Source: a virus
Lineage: Duplodnaviria; Caudoviricetes
Length of the DNA stretch: 64,000 nucleotides
Direction: 5' to 3' (one strand)
Virus record (IMG/VR): IMGVR_UViG_3300049988_000375
Span: 17,354-81,353 of that record
Of this stretch, positions 26,696 through 36,654 are shown piece by piece. The notes below the pieces were generated by a model, which did no database searches, was not told where the DNA came from, and saw nothing but the letters and a program-made list of their open reading frames with translations. The stretch's first letter is position 1. The number at the start of each line of letters is the position of its first letter. Made by a program: the position numbers and the translations under genes.

Positions 26696-29600
26696 CGCCC
26701 AGCCCACAGAAGAACTCGCCCCCGAGCAAACGGCGCCCACCCCGCCCACTTCACGCCTGCAAACGGCCTACGGGCTGCTGAAAAAGCAGGACGTGAAGGT
26801 GCCCGATTCCTACGAGGAATTTGAGCGCGGCATGGTGGATAAGCCCGAGCGGCTAAAGGCGCTCTACGACCACTTCAAAAAAAGCGACATTCAGGTGCCC
26901 GACGACTACGGCCAGTTCGAGGCCGGTATGCTGGAAGGGGTCAAAAAAAAAGCCCATTCCGCGCCTGGTGGGCTGCCTTCTGCGGCTACTGCGCCGACTT
27001 CTTCACCGGCCGTAAGTGGGCAGGGGACTAACCCTGCCCAAATGCAGGCGGCCCTGGGTATTGACCCGGCCGACGTAGCGCAGCCTGCACCCGAGCCCAC
27101 CCCCGACGTAGCAATGGCGGCCGAGGCGGCCGGGCTCGAATCCGCGCAGCCCTTTGCCCCCGGCTCCGCTGCCGCCCCGCTGGCGCAGAACCTGCCGAAC
27201 CTTGCCACGGGCGAGGCCGCCGTGCAGGGCGGGCGCTTGCCGGCCACCGAAGAAATGGACTACCTCAACGGCCTGCCGGCCGCGGAGGATAAGGGCGTGC
27301 GCCCCGATGGCAGCGAGTACACTCCCACGCCCTACGGCAAGGAGCTGGTGGCGATTCCCAACGACTACACCGGGGCCGTGCCAGCGGGCGCGTTCCCGCT
27401 GAACCTCTCGGGCGAAGGCGACCGCACGCAGTACTTCTACCGCGACAAGGCAAAGACCGTCGATGGCAAAGAGCAATCCTACGGCGACGCGCTGAAAGGC
27501 AAACTCAAGAACGCGCTCTACAGCATGGGGCAGGGTGTGGTGGAAGGCACGCAGGCTGCCGTCAACACGGTTGGTATGGCGAGCACCGCCGCGAGCGGGC
27601 TGCCTTTGGCTGCTGCCCCGCGCACCGAACTCGGCACCGAGGCCAGCGCCGCCATTGAGCGCAACAAAACCAAGATTGCGCCCTACTACAACCAGTCGTT
27701 TCGCCAACACAAGAATTGGGAGACGCTGGGCATGACCGCCGCCGACTACGCCCCGATGGTGATTGCCCAAGTAGCGCAGACGCTCGCCCCCGAACTGCGC
27801 GCCCCGGCCGCACTGCAAAAGGCGCTGGCCTTCGCCTCGACCACGGCCTTCGACGCCGACATGTACCACGCGGCCCGTGAGCACGCCAAGCAGGTGTTCC
27901 CCAACGACCCGGCCAAGGCCGACCTCTACACGCTCTTTGAGGGCACGCTGACCGTGGCGGGCTTCAAGGTGGGCAGCAAACTTATGACGGAGGTAGGCGA
28001 CAAGCTGGCCTACAAACTCTCGCCGTTTTCGCTCAAGCGCGCCGTGGCAACCGGGGCCGCCGAACGCCTGAGCCAGCTAGAAGCGCAGCTAGGCCGCCGT
28101 GCTACCGATGCCGAGTACCAGCAGGTGCTGCACGAGAGCTTGCGCGCCGCCCTGCCCAAGCTCGCGCAGCTTCCCAAGGAGTCTTTCCAGCAAGCGGGCA
28201 CCTTCGGCGGGGTGGCAGCGGCCCAAACTATCGGCAACCAGATAGTCGCCCCCGCGCTCGGCGGGCAAGCCGACGACCTCGGTCCCGATGGCATGGGCTT
28301 CTTCTCGAAAGTAGGCGAGGGGATGCTGGCGGGCGCCGGCATGGGTGCGCTGACGGGCGCCGTAGGGGCGGTGCTGCCCGCGGGCACCCGTCCCGCGCCA
28401 GCTCAGGAGCCGATAGCAGGCGAGCCCGAGTTGGCGCCGACGCCAGAAGCCCCGGCTGAGCTGACACCCAGCCAAGAGGTGCCGACTGCTGAGGTGGCGC
28501 CGCCCACGGCGCCTGACCCTTCGGTGGTGGATGTGACCGACCAGGTACCCGAGCCCATTCAGGCCGTAGCGCCCGAAGAAGCCTTGCCAATCACGGAGCC
28601 CGTGGCGAGTGAACAAGTGCCCGAGTCGGCTTTGGCTGAACCCGAGGGTGGGCAGGGCAATACCGTGGAAGCTGGTCCCGAGTTGGGGCAGAAGGAACGA
28701 CAGCACCCGTTGCGCTACGATGAGCAAACCCAGGCTGGCTTGCGGCCCGAGGAACGTTACTATACCCCGCGAGCCCGCATTCAAAACGCGGAAGAAGCCA
28801 ACGCCTTCATTGACGAGCACGGGCTAGAAAATGCCTATAAATTCGTGATGGCGGGCGAACGTGACACCGCCGCTGGCGAGCCAATTCACGCGGCCGTGCT
28901 AGACGAGGTGCGCGGGCAAACCCGTCAGCGCCTGCTTGACGCATCCTTGGCCGCTGATAAAGTAGGCGATACGGCCGAGTCCACCCGGCTACTTCAACAG
29001 TCGCTTGACGTGTTGGGCAAGCGCGCTATTGCCCGCACCGAAACTGCGCAAGCACTGGCCCAGGTCGAGGGCGACATTACAAAGAACCCTGACAAGGCGC
29101 TAGACGACTATGCGGCTAGCATCCCTGCCACCAAGGAGAAGGTGCGGAAGCAAAACAGACAGAAAGCCCAAGCAGCAGATAAGGAGGCCACCACTAAGCG
29201 CAAGGCTAAGGTGGATGCCGCGCTTGCCGACGCCGACGTGCAGGACGCCGCCGAGCGGGTGACCGAATGGGCAGTAACAGGCCAGAAACCTGCCAAGAAG
29301 GGCGGCGCGAAGCCCGCCGAATCCACCCCTGCTGACCCGCCGACGTGGGGCAGCAAAAACAAGCTCTTTACCAAGGAGTCGGCGGCCAAAGCCAAGGCCG
29401 CCCTCAAGAATCTGGGCCTTTCCACTATTATCCCCCCCGAGCTAATCCACTTCATGGGCTACCACATGGAGGCGGGGGCCCGCTCGTTTGCCGATGTAAG
29501 CAAGCGCGTAGTGCGCGATTTGGGCGCGAAGGTGAAGCCCCTGCTAAAGGAGGCCTACGAGGCGGCAAAAAAGGAGTTGGTTGCTAAGGGTGACTCGGGC

Positions 29601-32600
29601 AAAGGCTTTGACGGGCCGGACGCGGTGGAGGCCGCACTTCGGGCGAGCCTAGCCGACGACTTGGCTGGCCGCATTGTGTCAGAGGTGAAGCCTAAAGTGC
29701 CAGGTGTATTCGACCCAGCACAGGAGCTATTGGAGACGCTGACCAAGAAAGTACGGGAAACCCTGCCACCCAATAAGCCAAAGCCTAAAGATGCGCGGGA
29801 GGCTATTGTTCATGCTTTGCAAAACAAGGCTGAGTATGCCGACGTGTTCGAGCAGAGCAAGGCCGAAGTAGAGGCGCGCATTGAAAAGATGAGCGCGACG
29901 GACGCGGAAAAGGCTAAGATGCGCGAGCAGCTACGCGCCTATCAGGCTGACACAATTGGTGACCCCTTCGCAGCGCGCCAAGTGGATGCCACCATGCGCC
30001 AGGCCATGAAAGAATTGGGTCTTAAGCTGGAAAAGCTCGTGCGTCAACACGCTGATGTGCGCGAGGCAGGCCGCCGCTCGTTAGTGGATGCGCTGGTAGA
30101 GGGTGCCGGGCTAACCCCAGCGCAGGCGGCTGAGTATGCCGAGGCCGTGAGCAATCGCTACGCTGTCCAAACCCAAGCCAAGGCACAGTCGCTAGCCGGC
30201 CGGATTCTCGCTCCCGCCAAAGCCAAGCTGCCGGGCGGCAAGATTCGCTCGGTAGTTGATAAGCTCACCGAGGCGCTGGATATTTCCGACGCCACCCATA
30301 CTGGCCCCGACTCCGACACGGTTAGCCCAGCCGGCGCGCTGCTGGAAAAGATGGCCGGCATTCCCGAGGTGACGGTGGAGGATGTGAAGGCTTTCCGCAA
30401 ACTAGCCGAGCGGGTGCGCAAGGCTAGTCAGCCCAAAGGGGTTACCATCAAAGGCAAGCAGGTGCAGGTAATCGACACCAAAGCCCAACAGGCGGCCGTA
30501 GCCGACCTGCTGCGCTATGGGGCGGCCAAGATGGGTAAGGTGAACTGGTGGGCTAAAACTCGCGCCATGCAGTATGCTTTCCGCCTGTCGGGCCTCGACA
30601 CCCAAGGGCGCAACCTCAAGGCGAACGTACTGCACACCGTTGCCGAGCAAGGGCTGATTACACCCCTCTACAACGCCATCAAAAATCGCAGTGTTTATGG
30701 TGCGTCGGGTGGCGCTACTGGCTATGCAAAAGGGCAGGGCCAAGGTGTGGCTGAGGCTGCCTATACTATAAAAACCGGCTACACGGGCGAAAAGCAGGAC
30801 AAGTTTGGCGACAACTCGCCGCTAGAAACGATGGGCGGCTTTTGGGGCAAGTGGAAGTACGTGAGCCGGGCTATGATTGCCGGCGACCAACTCACCAGTA
30901 TCCCCACTGAAAACTCGCGCACGTTTGAGGTGGCAGTGCAGAAGGGTTTTGAGCTAGCCCGAGAGAAAGCCGCCGCTAGTGGACAAAAGCTCAAGGGACG
31001 TGCGCTACGCGACGCCGCATGGGCCGAGGCTAACGAAATCCTTTATAATACCAAGGAGGCACTGGCTGACATTGACTACATCTTGGAGCAGGAGGGCTTG
31101 CCCGAAATTACCGCCGCCCAAGTTCGAGCCGGGCAACATACAGTAGGCGAGTACAACCAGCGTGCGGTGCAGCGCAACGTGCGCAAGGCTGACCTGCTGC
31201 GCCAAGCACGGGCAGCCGAAAACCCCGACCTAGTAAAAGACGCTCAAGATTATGCTCGCATTCAGACGCTGAACGGCGACGTGCCCGGCCAGATAGGGCG
31301 GGTGCTGGATGCGGCAGCTTCAATTGGCAGAGATAATCCAGTAGCTGATGCGGTGTTGACCAACGTGATGCCGTTTCTAAAAATACCGGCCAACTCGTTG
31401 CTGCGCAAGCTGGAATGGGGTGGCGGGCCGGTGACGTTGCTAAAGGCTGCCTTGGGCCGCACCTCCCTTACGATGGCAGTAAAAGAGGGCAGCAAGTATT
31501 CGCGGGAGCTTACGCCCGACGAGCGCGGCAAACTGGCCCTGCGCGGAGCGCTTAGCACGGTGGCGTGGGCGGGGCTATATGGCTTGATTCACAACGGCAC
31601 CATTTCTATTTCTGGCCCAGCCTCTGGCAAGAATGACGAGGACTTGTTGCAGCCGCCTATGACCATAAAGATTGGCGACAGCGTGTACGGCTATAAGGAT
31701 ACCAACATCGAATATCCACTGGTGATTGCCGCCGCCCTGCAAGCGCATCTGCGTAAAAAAACCAAGCAGGGCGGCGACCCCAGCCTAGCCCAGCTTGCTA
31801 GTGTGGCTGCCCTGCACTCGGCCGCCTATATGGTTACTACAGGCCCCATTAACGGCCCAGCCGACATGGGCAACGTACTGATTCAGGCCAACCAAGGCAA
31901 CTACGCCTCGGCAGGGAATTATTTTAAACGCTTCTTGGTGACGAGTGCAAAAACTGGCACGCTGCCTGCTGTATTGATTCAGGGGATGCAGGCGGCCCGC
32001 GATTATACAGCCACCTATAAGGAGTGGGCCAGTGCTGGGCAGCAAAGCACTGATTGGCAGGGTGCGGCTGTGCGGGAGCGCAAGTCTAACTCGCTGGCCG
32101 ACGAGCTAAAGGTGTCGTTTTTCGGTAGTATCCCATACTTCGACATTGGCGAAGATAAAATCAACTTCGCCGGACAACCCATCGTGATAAATCGCAGTGG
32201 TGAAACTATTTGGCAGGATGAGCAAACAAAGCGGCTCGCACAAACACTGGTTGCCCTCGGCCTTATGCCGCCCCGCCAAGCCCCCACTGACGATAAGCTG
32301 GTCTTGTTTGACCCGGTGAGCGGTGACCGCGTAACGCCTCTATCTGATGCCGAGTTTAAGCAGTACGCGGTGTTGCGTGGGCAGGCGTTCGTTGAGTATC
32401 TGACGCGCCAGCCAGAGGGCGAGGGGGGCAAGACGCTCCTGTCGCAAATCAAGGAAGCCCCAACCCGCGCCATCGCAGAGCGGCTCCGCGATAAGGCTCT
32501 CGATGCGGCCACTACCAATGCCTTGCGCACAATTGAGCAGCAGCGCGGGGGCGGGGTGACCTTCAAGTTGTCTAAGCAATTGAAGCAGGCGAGCGATGCG

Positions 32601-32654
32601 GCAGGCTTTCAGCAAGCGAAGCAGCAATTGGATGAAAAGCTCGCCACGGAATAG
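26685..32654 (+). CDS. Giant putative ejection/internal virion protein (~1990 aa; frame open from 26580)
   Basis: Very large, helical, low-complexity linkers; plausible TTG start at 26685 overlapping the upstream stop. Confidence 0.65.
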   Translation: MDSNAQPTEELAPEQTAPTPPTSRLQTAYGLLKKQDVKVPDSYEEFERGMVDKPERLKALYDHFKKSDIQVPDDYGQFEAGMLEGVKKKAHSAPGGLPSAATAPTSSPAVSGQGTNPAQMQAALGIDPADVAQPAPEPTPDVAMAAEAAGLESAQPFAPGSAAAPLAQNLPNLATGEAAVQGGRLPATEEMDYLNGLPAAEDKGVRPDGSEYTPTPYGKELVAIPNDYTGAVPAGAFPLNLSGEGDRTQYFYRDKAKTVDGKEQSYGDALKGKLKNALYSMGQGVVEGTQAAVNTVGMASTAASGLPLAAAPRTELGTEASAAIERNKTKIAPYYNQSFRQHKNWETLGMTAADYAPMVIAQVAQTLAPELRAPAALQKALAFASTTAFDADMYHAAREHAKQVFPNDPAKADLYTLFEGTLTVAGFKVGSKLMTEVGDKLAYKLSPFSLKRAVATGAAERLSQLEAQLGRRATDAEYQQVLHESLRAALPKLAQLPKESFQQAGTFGGVAAAQTIGNQIVAPALGGQADDLGPDGMGFFSKVGEGMLAGAGMGALTGAVGAVLPAGTRPAPAQEPIAGEPELAPTPEAPAELTPSQEVPTAEVAPPTAPDPSVVDVTDQVPEPIQAVAPEEALPITEPVASEQVPESALAEPEGGQGNTVEAGPELGQKERQHPLRYDEQTQAGLRPEERYYTPRARIQNAEEANAFIDEHGLENAYKFVMAGERDTAAGEPIHAAVLDEVRGQTRQRLLDASLAADKVGDTAESTRLLQQSLDVLGKRAIARTETAQALAQVEGDITKNPDKALDDYAASIPATKEKVRKQNRQKAQAADKEATTKRKAKVDAALADADVQDAAERVTEWAVTGQKPAKKGGAKPAESTPADPPTWGSKNKLFTKESAAKAKAALKNLGLSTIIPPELIHFMGYHMEAGARSFADVSKRVVRDLGAKVKPLLKEAYEAAKKELVAKGDSGKGFDGPDAVEAALRASLADDLAGRIVSEVKPKVPGVFDPAQELLETLTKKVRETLPPNKPKPKDAREAIVHALQNKAEYADVFEQSKAEVEARIEKMSATDAEKAKMREQLRAYQADTIGDPFAARQVDATMRQAMKELGLKLEKLVRQHADVREAGRRSLVDALVEGAGLTPAQAAEYAEAVSNRYAVQTQAKAQSLAGRILAPAKAKLPGGKIRSVVDKLTEALDISDATHTGPDSDTVSPAGALLEKMAGIPEVTVEDVKAFRKLAERVRKASQPKGVTIKGKQVQVIDTKAQQAAVADLLRYGAAKMGKVNWWAKTRAMQYAFRLSGLDTQGRNLKANVLHTVAEQGLITPLYNAIKNRSVYGASGGATGYAKGQGQGVAEAAYTIKTGYTGEKQDKFGDNSPLETMGGFWGKWKYVSRAMIAGDQLTSIPTENSRTFEVAVQKGFELAREKAAASGQKLKGRALRDAAWAEANEILYNTKEALADIDYILEQEGLPEITAAQVRAGQHTVGEYNQRAVQRNVRKADLLRQARAAENPDLVKDAQDYARIQTLNGDVPGQIGRVLDAAASIGRDNPVADAVLTNVMPFLKIPANSLLRKLEWGGGPVTLLKAALGRTSLTMAVKEGSKYSRELTPDERGKLALRGALSTVAWAGLYGLIHNGTISISGPASGKNDEDLLQPPMTIKIGDSVYGYKDTNIEYPLVIAAALQAHLRKKTKQGGDPSLAQLASVAALHSAAYMVTTGPINGPADMGNVLIQANQGNYASAGNYFKRFLVTSAKTGTLPAVLIQGMQAARDYTATYKEWASAGQQSTDWQGAAVRERKSNSLADELKVSFFGSIPYFDIGEDKINFAGQPIVINRSGETIWQDEQTKRLAQTLVALGLMPPRQAPTDDKLVLFDPVSGDRVTPLSDAEFKQYAVLRGQAFVEYLTRQPEGEGGKTLLSQIKEAPTRAIAERLRDKALDAATTNALRTIEQQRGGGVTFKLSKQLKQASDAAGFQQAKQQLDEKLATE

Positions 32655-32665
32655 AGCAGGGCAAA

Positions 32666-33454
32666 TTAAACCTTGCGAGCGCGAGGTGGCACAAACGCCA
32701 CCTCGCCCTTCACTCGTTGATGTGCGCTATAAAATTTGGCGAGTGTCGTGCCCTTGGGCAAAAGCAACATTATCTGCGGTTGTGAAAGGACGGTTAGTTT
32801 GTGGCCCAACTCACGGAATAACTTGATTTTCTCAGCCGACCTATCCGATAAATGCCCCTTTACCTCAACCCACTCGTCGGTTTCGGGCAAATAAAAGTCG
32901 GGCGTATATCGCAGGGATGGGGTGAGGCAAAACAACTTAGGCTCATACATGAACGCTATGCCTGATGCCTGCAAATGCTCAAGATAGATTAACTCAAAGC
33001 CAGAGCGAAGCTGCACGGGCTGGTCGCCAATGGTCACGCGCCAACGCGACTGGCTAGCCCCTTTTGAGTTACGCCCACAGGTTAATGCCCCCGTACGGCT
33101 TGATGTTTCATTTTTCCAGCACCCGCACGATTTGGTATTGCCACTGCGAACGTCTCTAGGCAACGCCATTATCTCGCCGCCACATTCACAGCGAAACTTG
33201 CGCATGGTCCCGCTCGCCATATTGTCGATGCACACTAGTCGATTGGCAGCTAAGCCGGTAAAATCTTCGCGCTTCAAGGCCCTAATCGCATTGCCATGCT
33301 CACAGCCGCAACTCTTTTGGCGGCCATTGGGCAGCTTATTCCTCGCTATCAGCTTCTCGTTGCCGCAGGTGCAGCGGCAAAGACACTTGGGCCGAGTGTC
33401 GCCAATAACAGTAAGTCGCCCAAAGGTCATGCCTAGCAGATTGATTCGTTCCAT
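32666..33454 (-). CDS. Second free-standing PD-(D/E)XK endonuclease (homing endonuclease-like)
   Basis: GMTFGRLTV..CRCTCG repeats; RSGFE...YEP...YTPDFYLP...WVEVKG; clear paralogue of 23532-24623. Confidence 0.8.
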   Translation of the reverse strand: MERINLLGMTFGRLTVIGDTRPKCLCRCTCGNEKLIARNKLPNGRQKSCGCEHGNAIRALKREDFTGLAANRLVCIDNMASGTMRKFRCECGGEIMALPRDVRSGNTKSCGCWKNETSSRTGALTCGRNSKGASQSRWRVTIGDQPVQLRSGFELIYLEHLQASGIAFMYEPKLFCLTPSLRYTPDFYLPETDEWVEVKGHLSDRSAEKIKLFRELGHKLTVLSQPQIMLLLPKGTTLAKFYSAHQRVKGEVAFVPPRARKV

Positions 33455-33554
33455 GCCCTTCTAGCGAGTGATTAGTTCCTAGCGTAAATATACGCAATAA
33501 ATACTACAGTTCAGAAGTGGTTGCAGGTTGATTAGGCACAATCCCGTGTCCGCC

Positions 33555-33628
33555 CTGCAATTTCCCGAGTGTCGCGCCTGCTATTGCTGCGAATGTCTGT
33601 GATTGTTCGGGAATTTGCAGTAACTTGC
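33555..33628 (+). promoter_or_regulatory. Three-site promoter cassette, copy 4
   Basis: CTGCAATT 33555, CTGCGAAT 33587, ATTTGCAG 33613, TAACTTGC 33621; 33607-33640 identical to 7376-7409. Confidence 0.75.
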
Positions 33629-33661
33629 AAAAAGCAAACCCCCTTCCGACCCCCGTTCTGC

Positions 33662-33967
33662 ATGACTGCTTCCTACGCCCCCGATACCGCCATTCGAGAA
33701 TACCAGGCCAGCCTCGCAAAGCCCGATGAGACCCCGGCTGCCCTGCTCGATACCTACGTGCTGCAAGATGAGCCGGCGAACTGGAACCGGGTGCTGAACA
33801 TGGGGGCCGGCAAGGGTGGTTTGCGCGTGTACGCGACGCCTCACCTGCAAACGGCCAAGTCCTGGCTACTGAACCCGGTGGGCCACAAGCCGCACGGCGA
33901 CACCATCTACACGGTCAGCGAGCAGCTCGACCGCGTGAGCGACGAACTCCAAAAACGCCCCGCCTAG
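33662..33967 (+). CDS. Hypothetical protein
   Basis: Likely ATG 33662 after cassette 4. Confidence 0.55.
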   Translation: MTASYAPDTAIREYQASLAKPDETPAALLDTYVLQDEPANWNRVLNMGAGKGGLRVYATPHLQTAKSWLLNPVGHKPHGDTIYTVSEQLDRVSDELQKRPA

Positions 33968-33968
33968 C

Positions 33969-34682
33969 TTGCCCGCCACACCCCTCTACGCCGATTTGCC
34001 TGCCCGCCTCGCCGCGCTCGATGCCCAAGAGGGCAGCGCCTACCTGCGTCATGCGCGGGGCTATGCGGGCGCTGACACGGCCTTCCTCAAGCTATTCACG
34101 CTGCGCTACGAGCTGCGGGCGGCGCTAGCTGAGCAGAACCCCGCCTTCGCGGCTACGCTCCTGCCAGTCAGCGGGGCTAGCGCCCCAGCGGGGGTGGGCC
34201 TCCCGCTTTTGCCGGCGGGCATTCTGTTGCGCGTGGATGCCGAGCGGGCTGGCTATGTGACCATCACCCTTGACGTAGCAGGGCCAGCGGCCCTTATCGT
34301 CACGCCCCCGGTGGGGCCAGCGTTTGCCGTTGCGCTCGCCGCCGCCCCCACGCGCCAAACTGCCGCCTTCAAGGCGCCGCTCGACGGGGTGTACGCCCTG
34401 CATCTTGCCGCGCAGGGTGCCTCGCTAGGCACCGTCTACGTAGTAGTGTCGCGCCGCGAGTACGCCTTGTTTCGCGAGCTAAGCCGTGCCCTGGCCTTTG
34501 GCTTTCGACCCTCCCCGCCCCGGCCGAGCGACGATTATTTGGAAATGCTGGCCTGCCTCGTGTTTGCCGAGGCCTCGGCTCAAGTCGGCAACCCCACCCG
34601 CGCCACGCAGATGCTCGCCGCCGCCCGCGCTGTGACTCAGGCCGAAACGCCCGTGGGCATTTACCCTTATCCAAATGAGTAA
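33969..34682 (+). CDS. Hypothetical (probable virion) protein
   Basis: 237 aa, operonic with the fibre genes. Confidence 0.55.
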   Translation: MPATPLYADLPARLAALDAQEGSAYLRHARGYAGADTAFLKLFTLRYELRAALAEQNPAFAATLLPVSGASAPAGVGLPLLPAGILLRVDAERAGYVTITLDVAGPAALIVTPPVGPAFAVALAAAPTRQTAAFKAPLDGVYALHLAAQGASLGTVYVVVSRREYALFRELSRALAFGFRPSPPRPSDDYLEMLACLVFAEASAQVGNPTRATQMLAAARAVTQAETPVGIYPYPNE

Positions 34683-35058
34683 CTACGCCTCGGTTTACGA
34701 TGCCGCTCAGGTGCGACTTGACCAGTTCGCCGCTGAGTACCAGCGCTTAAAATCTGAGGTACTGCCCTATATGCGCCCCGTGCGCCAAGCCATAGACCTG
34801 CGCTTGGGCTTGGAGCGCGCCGCCAAGCTGCCCGCTGGCGCCGACCAGGATACCGTGCTGGGCTACCTCATTGAAACCTACGGCCTGCTGGCTGTGGGTG
34901 CCGACCCCTTCCTGCGCGCCCAGCTCCCCTTGGTGCCTACGCAGGGCGCCACCATACGCCGCCGGGTGCTGGCTGGCAACGGCAAGGCAATGCTTCTCTC
35001 GCGCAAACTCGTGCCAACCGGGGCGCGCCTAGTACCTAATCCGCCCCCAACTATCTAA
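34675..35058 (+). CDS. Hypothetical (probable virion) protein
   Basis: 127 aa, overlaps both neighbours. Confidence 0.55.
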   Translation: MSNYASVYDAAQVRLDQFAAEYQRLKSEVLPYMRPVRQAIDLRLGLERAAKLPAGADQDTVLGYLIETYGLLAVGADPFLRAQLPLVPTQGATIRRRVLAGNGKAMLLSRKLVPTGARLVPNPPPTI

Positions 35059-36653
35059 TGGCTGACCAGCTAGACCTAACCTCCGAGGACTTGCAATCGC
35101 TCTGCGATTATCCCGTCCTTGCCCCAGAATACGCACTCCCCGAGGGGAGCGGTATTCCCATTTCCGAGCCCCGAGAAAGCCCCGACATAGAGCCGGCCGT
35201 GTGGTTTATGCCACTTGAGCAGCTTAAAATTCGACTTACCCCACCTGTTGCCTCGGGTAGCGCCCCGCAGGTAGCGCTTGCGCCCGTAACCAGCGCGACC
35301 GTAGGCACGCAACTAAACTTGTCCGCTACGGCCACTTCGGCTACGAGTACCATTGTTAGGGTGGAGTTCTTCGTGGGCAGTCAGTTGGTGGGCACCTCCA
35401 CCACCGCGCCCTATGCCGCCTCGTACACGCCCCCGGCGCCCGGTACGATTTACGTGGGCGTTAAGGCTACTGACGCTACCGGCCAATCGACCTCGGCCAC
35501 GCAGCCCGCAGTAGTGAACGTGAGCGGCACGGCGACCAATCTGCCCCCGCTGGTATCGCTGAGCGCTACGCCCTCGCCCGCCACGGCCGGCCAGCCAGTT
35601 ACGCTCAATGCCACGGCCTCCGACCCCGATGGTACTGTGCAGACGGTGCAGCTTTACAACAGCGGCATCTTGCTCGCTACCCTCTCGGCCGCGCCCTACG
35701 TGTACTCGTTCATTCCCTCCACCGCCGCGACGCTGGTGCTCTCCGCTAAGGCTACGGACAACGGGGGTACTTCTACGGTAGCATCCGTGCAGTTGGTCGT
35801 TAGCCCCGCCCCCGTTGCCACTGTCACGCCAGACCCGCCCACGCAAACCTCTAACGACGACACCAACACCCAAGACTTTGACTCGCCCTACGGCAAGTCG
35901 GCGCTGCTGGTGAAGATTGGTACGGGTGGGTTCGGTGCTTACGCTGGACCCTACGCCGTGGGCAATGTGAACCGGCCAGAAGGCTATTTTCAAGCCAAGG
36001 TGCGGGCTGATACAGGCCGGGCAGAAAGCACGATAACCAACTCCCCCGCCTATACTGCCATCGTCGCGCCGGGTGCGCCCACCGGCCTCGCCGCCACGGC
36101 CGGCGACGGGCAGGTAACGCTTAGCTGGACGCCGCCCAGCTCCAACGGTGGGGCCGCGATTACCAGCTACAATGTGTACCTGGCTGGGGGTACTACGGCC
36201 CTCAAAGCCAGCTCGGGCACGCAGGCGGTGGTAACGGCTGCCAATGGTACGGCCGTGTCGTACCAGGTGAGCGCCGTGAACAGCGCGGGCGAAGGCGCCA
36301 AGTCGGTTGCCAGCGACCCGGTAACGCCTATGGCGGCAGTCGTAGCCCCGCCCACCTTCGCCAAGGTGCTGAACCCTGGCGACAACACAGCGACCCTGAC
36401 GTGGGGCGGCAACGCGGGCGTTCAACTCAACTACAACGACCCGGTGCAGGCCACGGCCTCGGCGCCAGGCTCGGGCGCCATGATTGTGTGCTTCCCTGAC
36501 CTGAATACGCAAATCGGGCAGCTAGACTTCGACCCCGCCGACGCGGGTAAGCCCTGTGGCGTGACTATCAGCGGCACGCTGTACTACAAAAATTCCGCCT
36601 CGGGCACCGAGCAGACCCTGGCCTTCACGGACGGTAAAGTTCTCCTTAGCTAG
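35058..36653 (+). CDS. Ig-like (two Big-type repeats) plus fibronectin type III virion protein
   Basis: V.F...LVGTSTTAPY repeats; PGAPTGLAATAGDGQVTLSWTPP..GG..ITSY FN3 signature. Confidence 0.8.
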   Translation: MADQLDLTSEDLQSLCDYPVLAPEYALPEGSGIPISEPRESPDIEPAVWFMPLEQLKIRLTPPVASGSAPQVALAPVTSATVGTQLNLSATATSATSTIVRVEFFVGSQLVGTSTTAPYAASYTPPAPGTIYVGVKATDATGQSTSATQPAVVNVSGTATNLPPLVSLSATPSPATAGQPVTLNATASDPDGTVQTVQLYNSGILLATLSAAPYVYSFIPSTAATLVLSAKATDNGGTSTVASVQLVVSPAPVATVTPDPPTQTSNDDTNTQDFDSPYGKSALLVKIGTGGFGAYAGPYAVGNVNRPEGYFQAKVRADTGRAESTITNSPAYTAIVAPGAPTGLAATAGDGQVTLSWTPPSSNGGAAITSYNVYLAGGTTALKASSGTQAVVTAANGTAVSYQVSAVNSAGEGAKSVASDPVTPMAAVVAPPTFAKVLNPGDNTATLTWGGNAGVQLNYNDPVQATASAPGSGAMIVCFPDLNTQIGQLDFDPADAGKPCGVTISGTLYYKNSASGTEQTLAFTDGKVLLS

Positions 36654-36654
36654 T

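Noticed and set aside
27840-27865. FDADM in the giant protein as an RNAP catalytic loop
   Set aside because: Only two Asp; lacks the DxDxD triad and surrounding context
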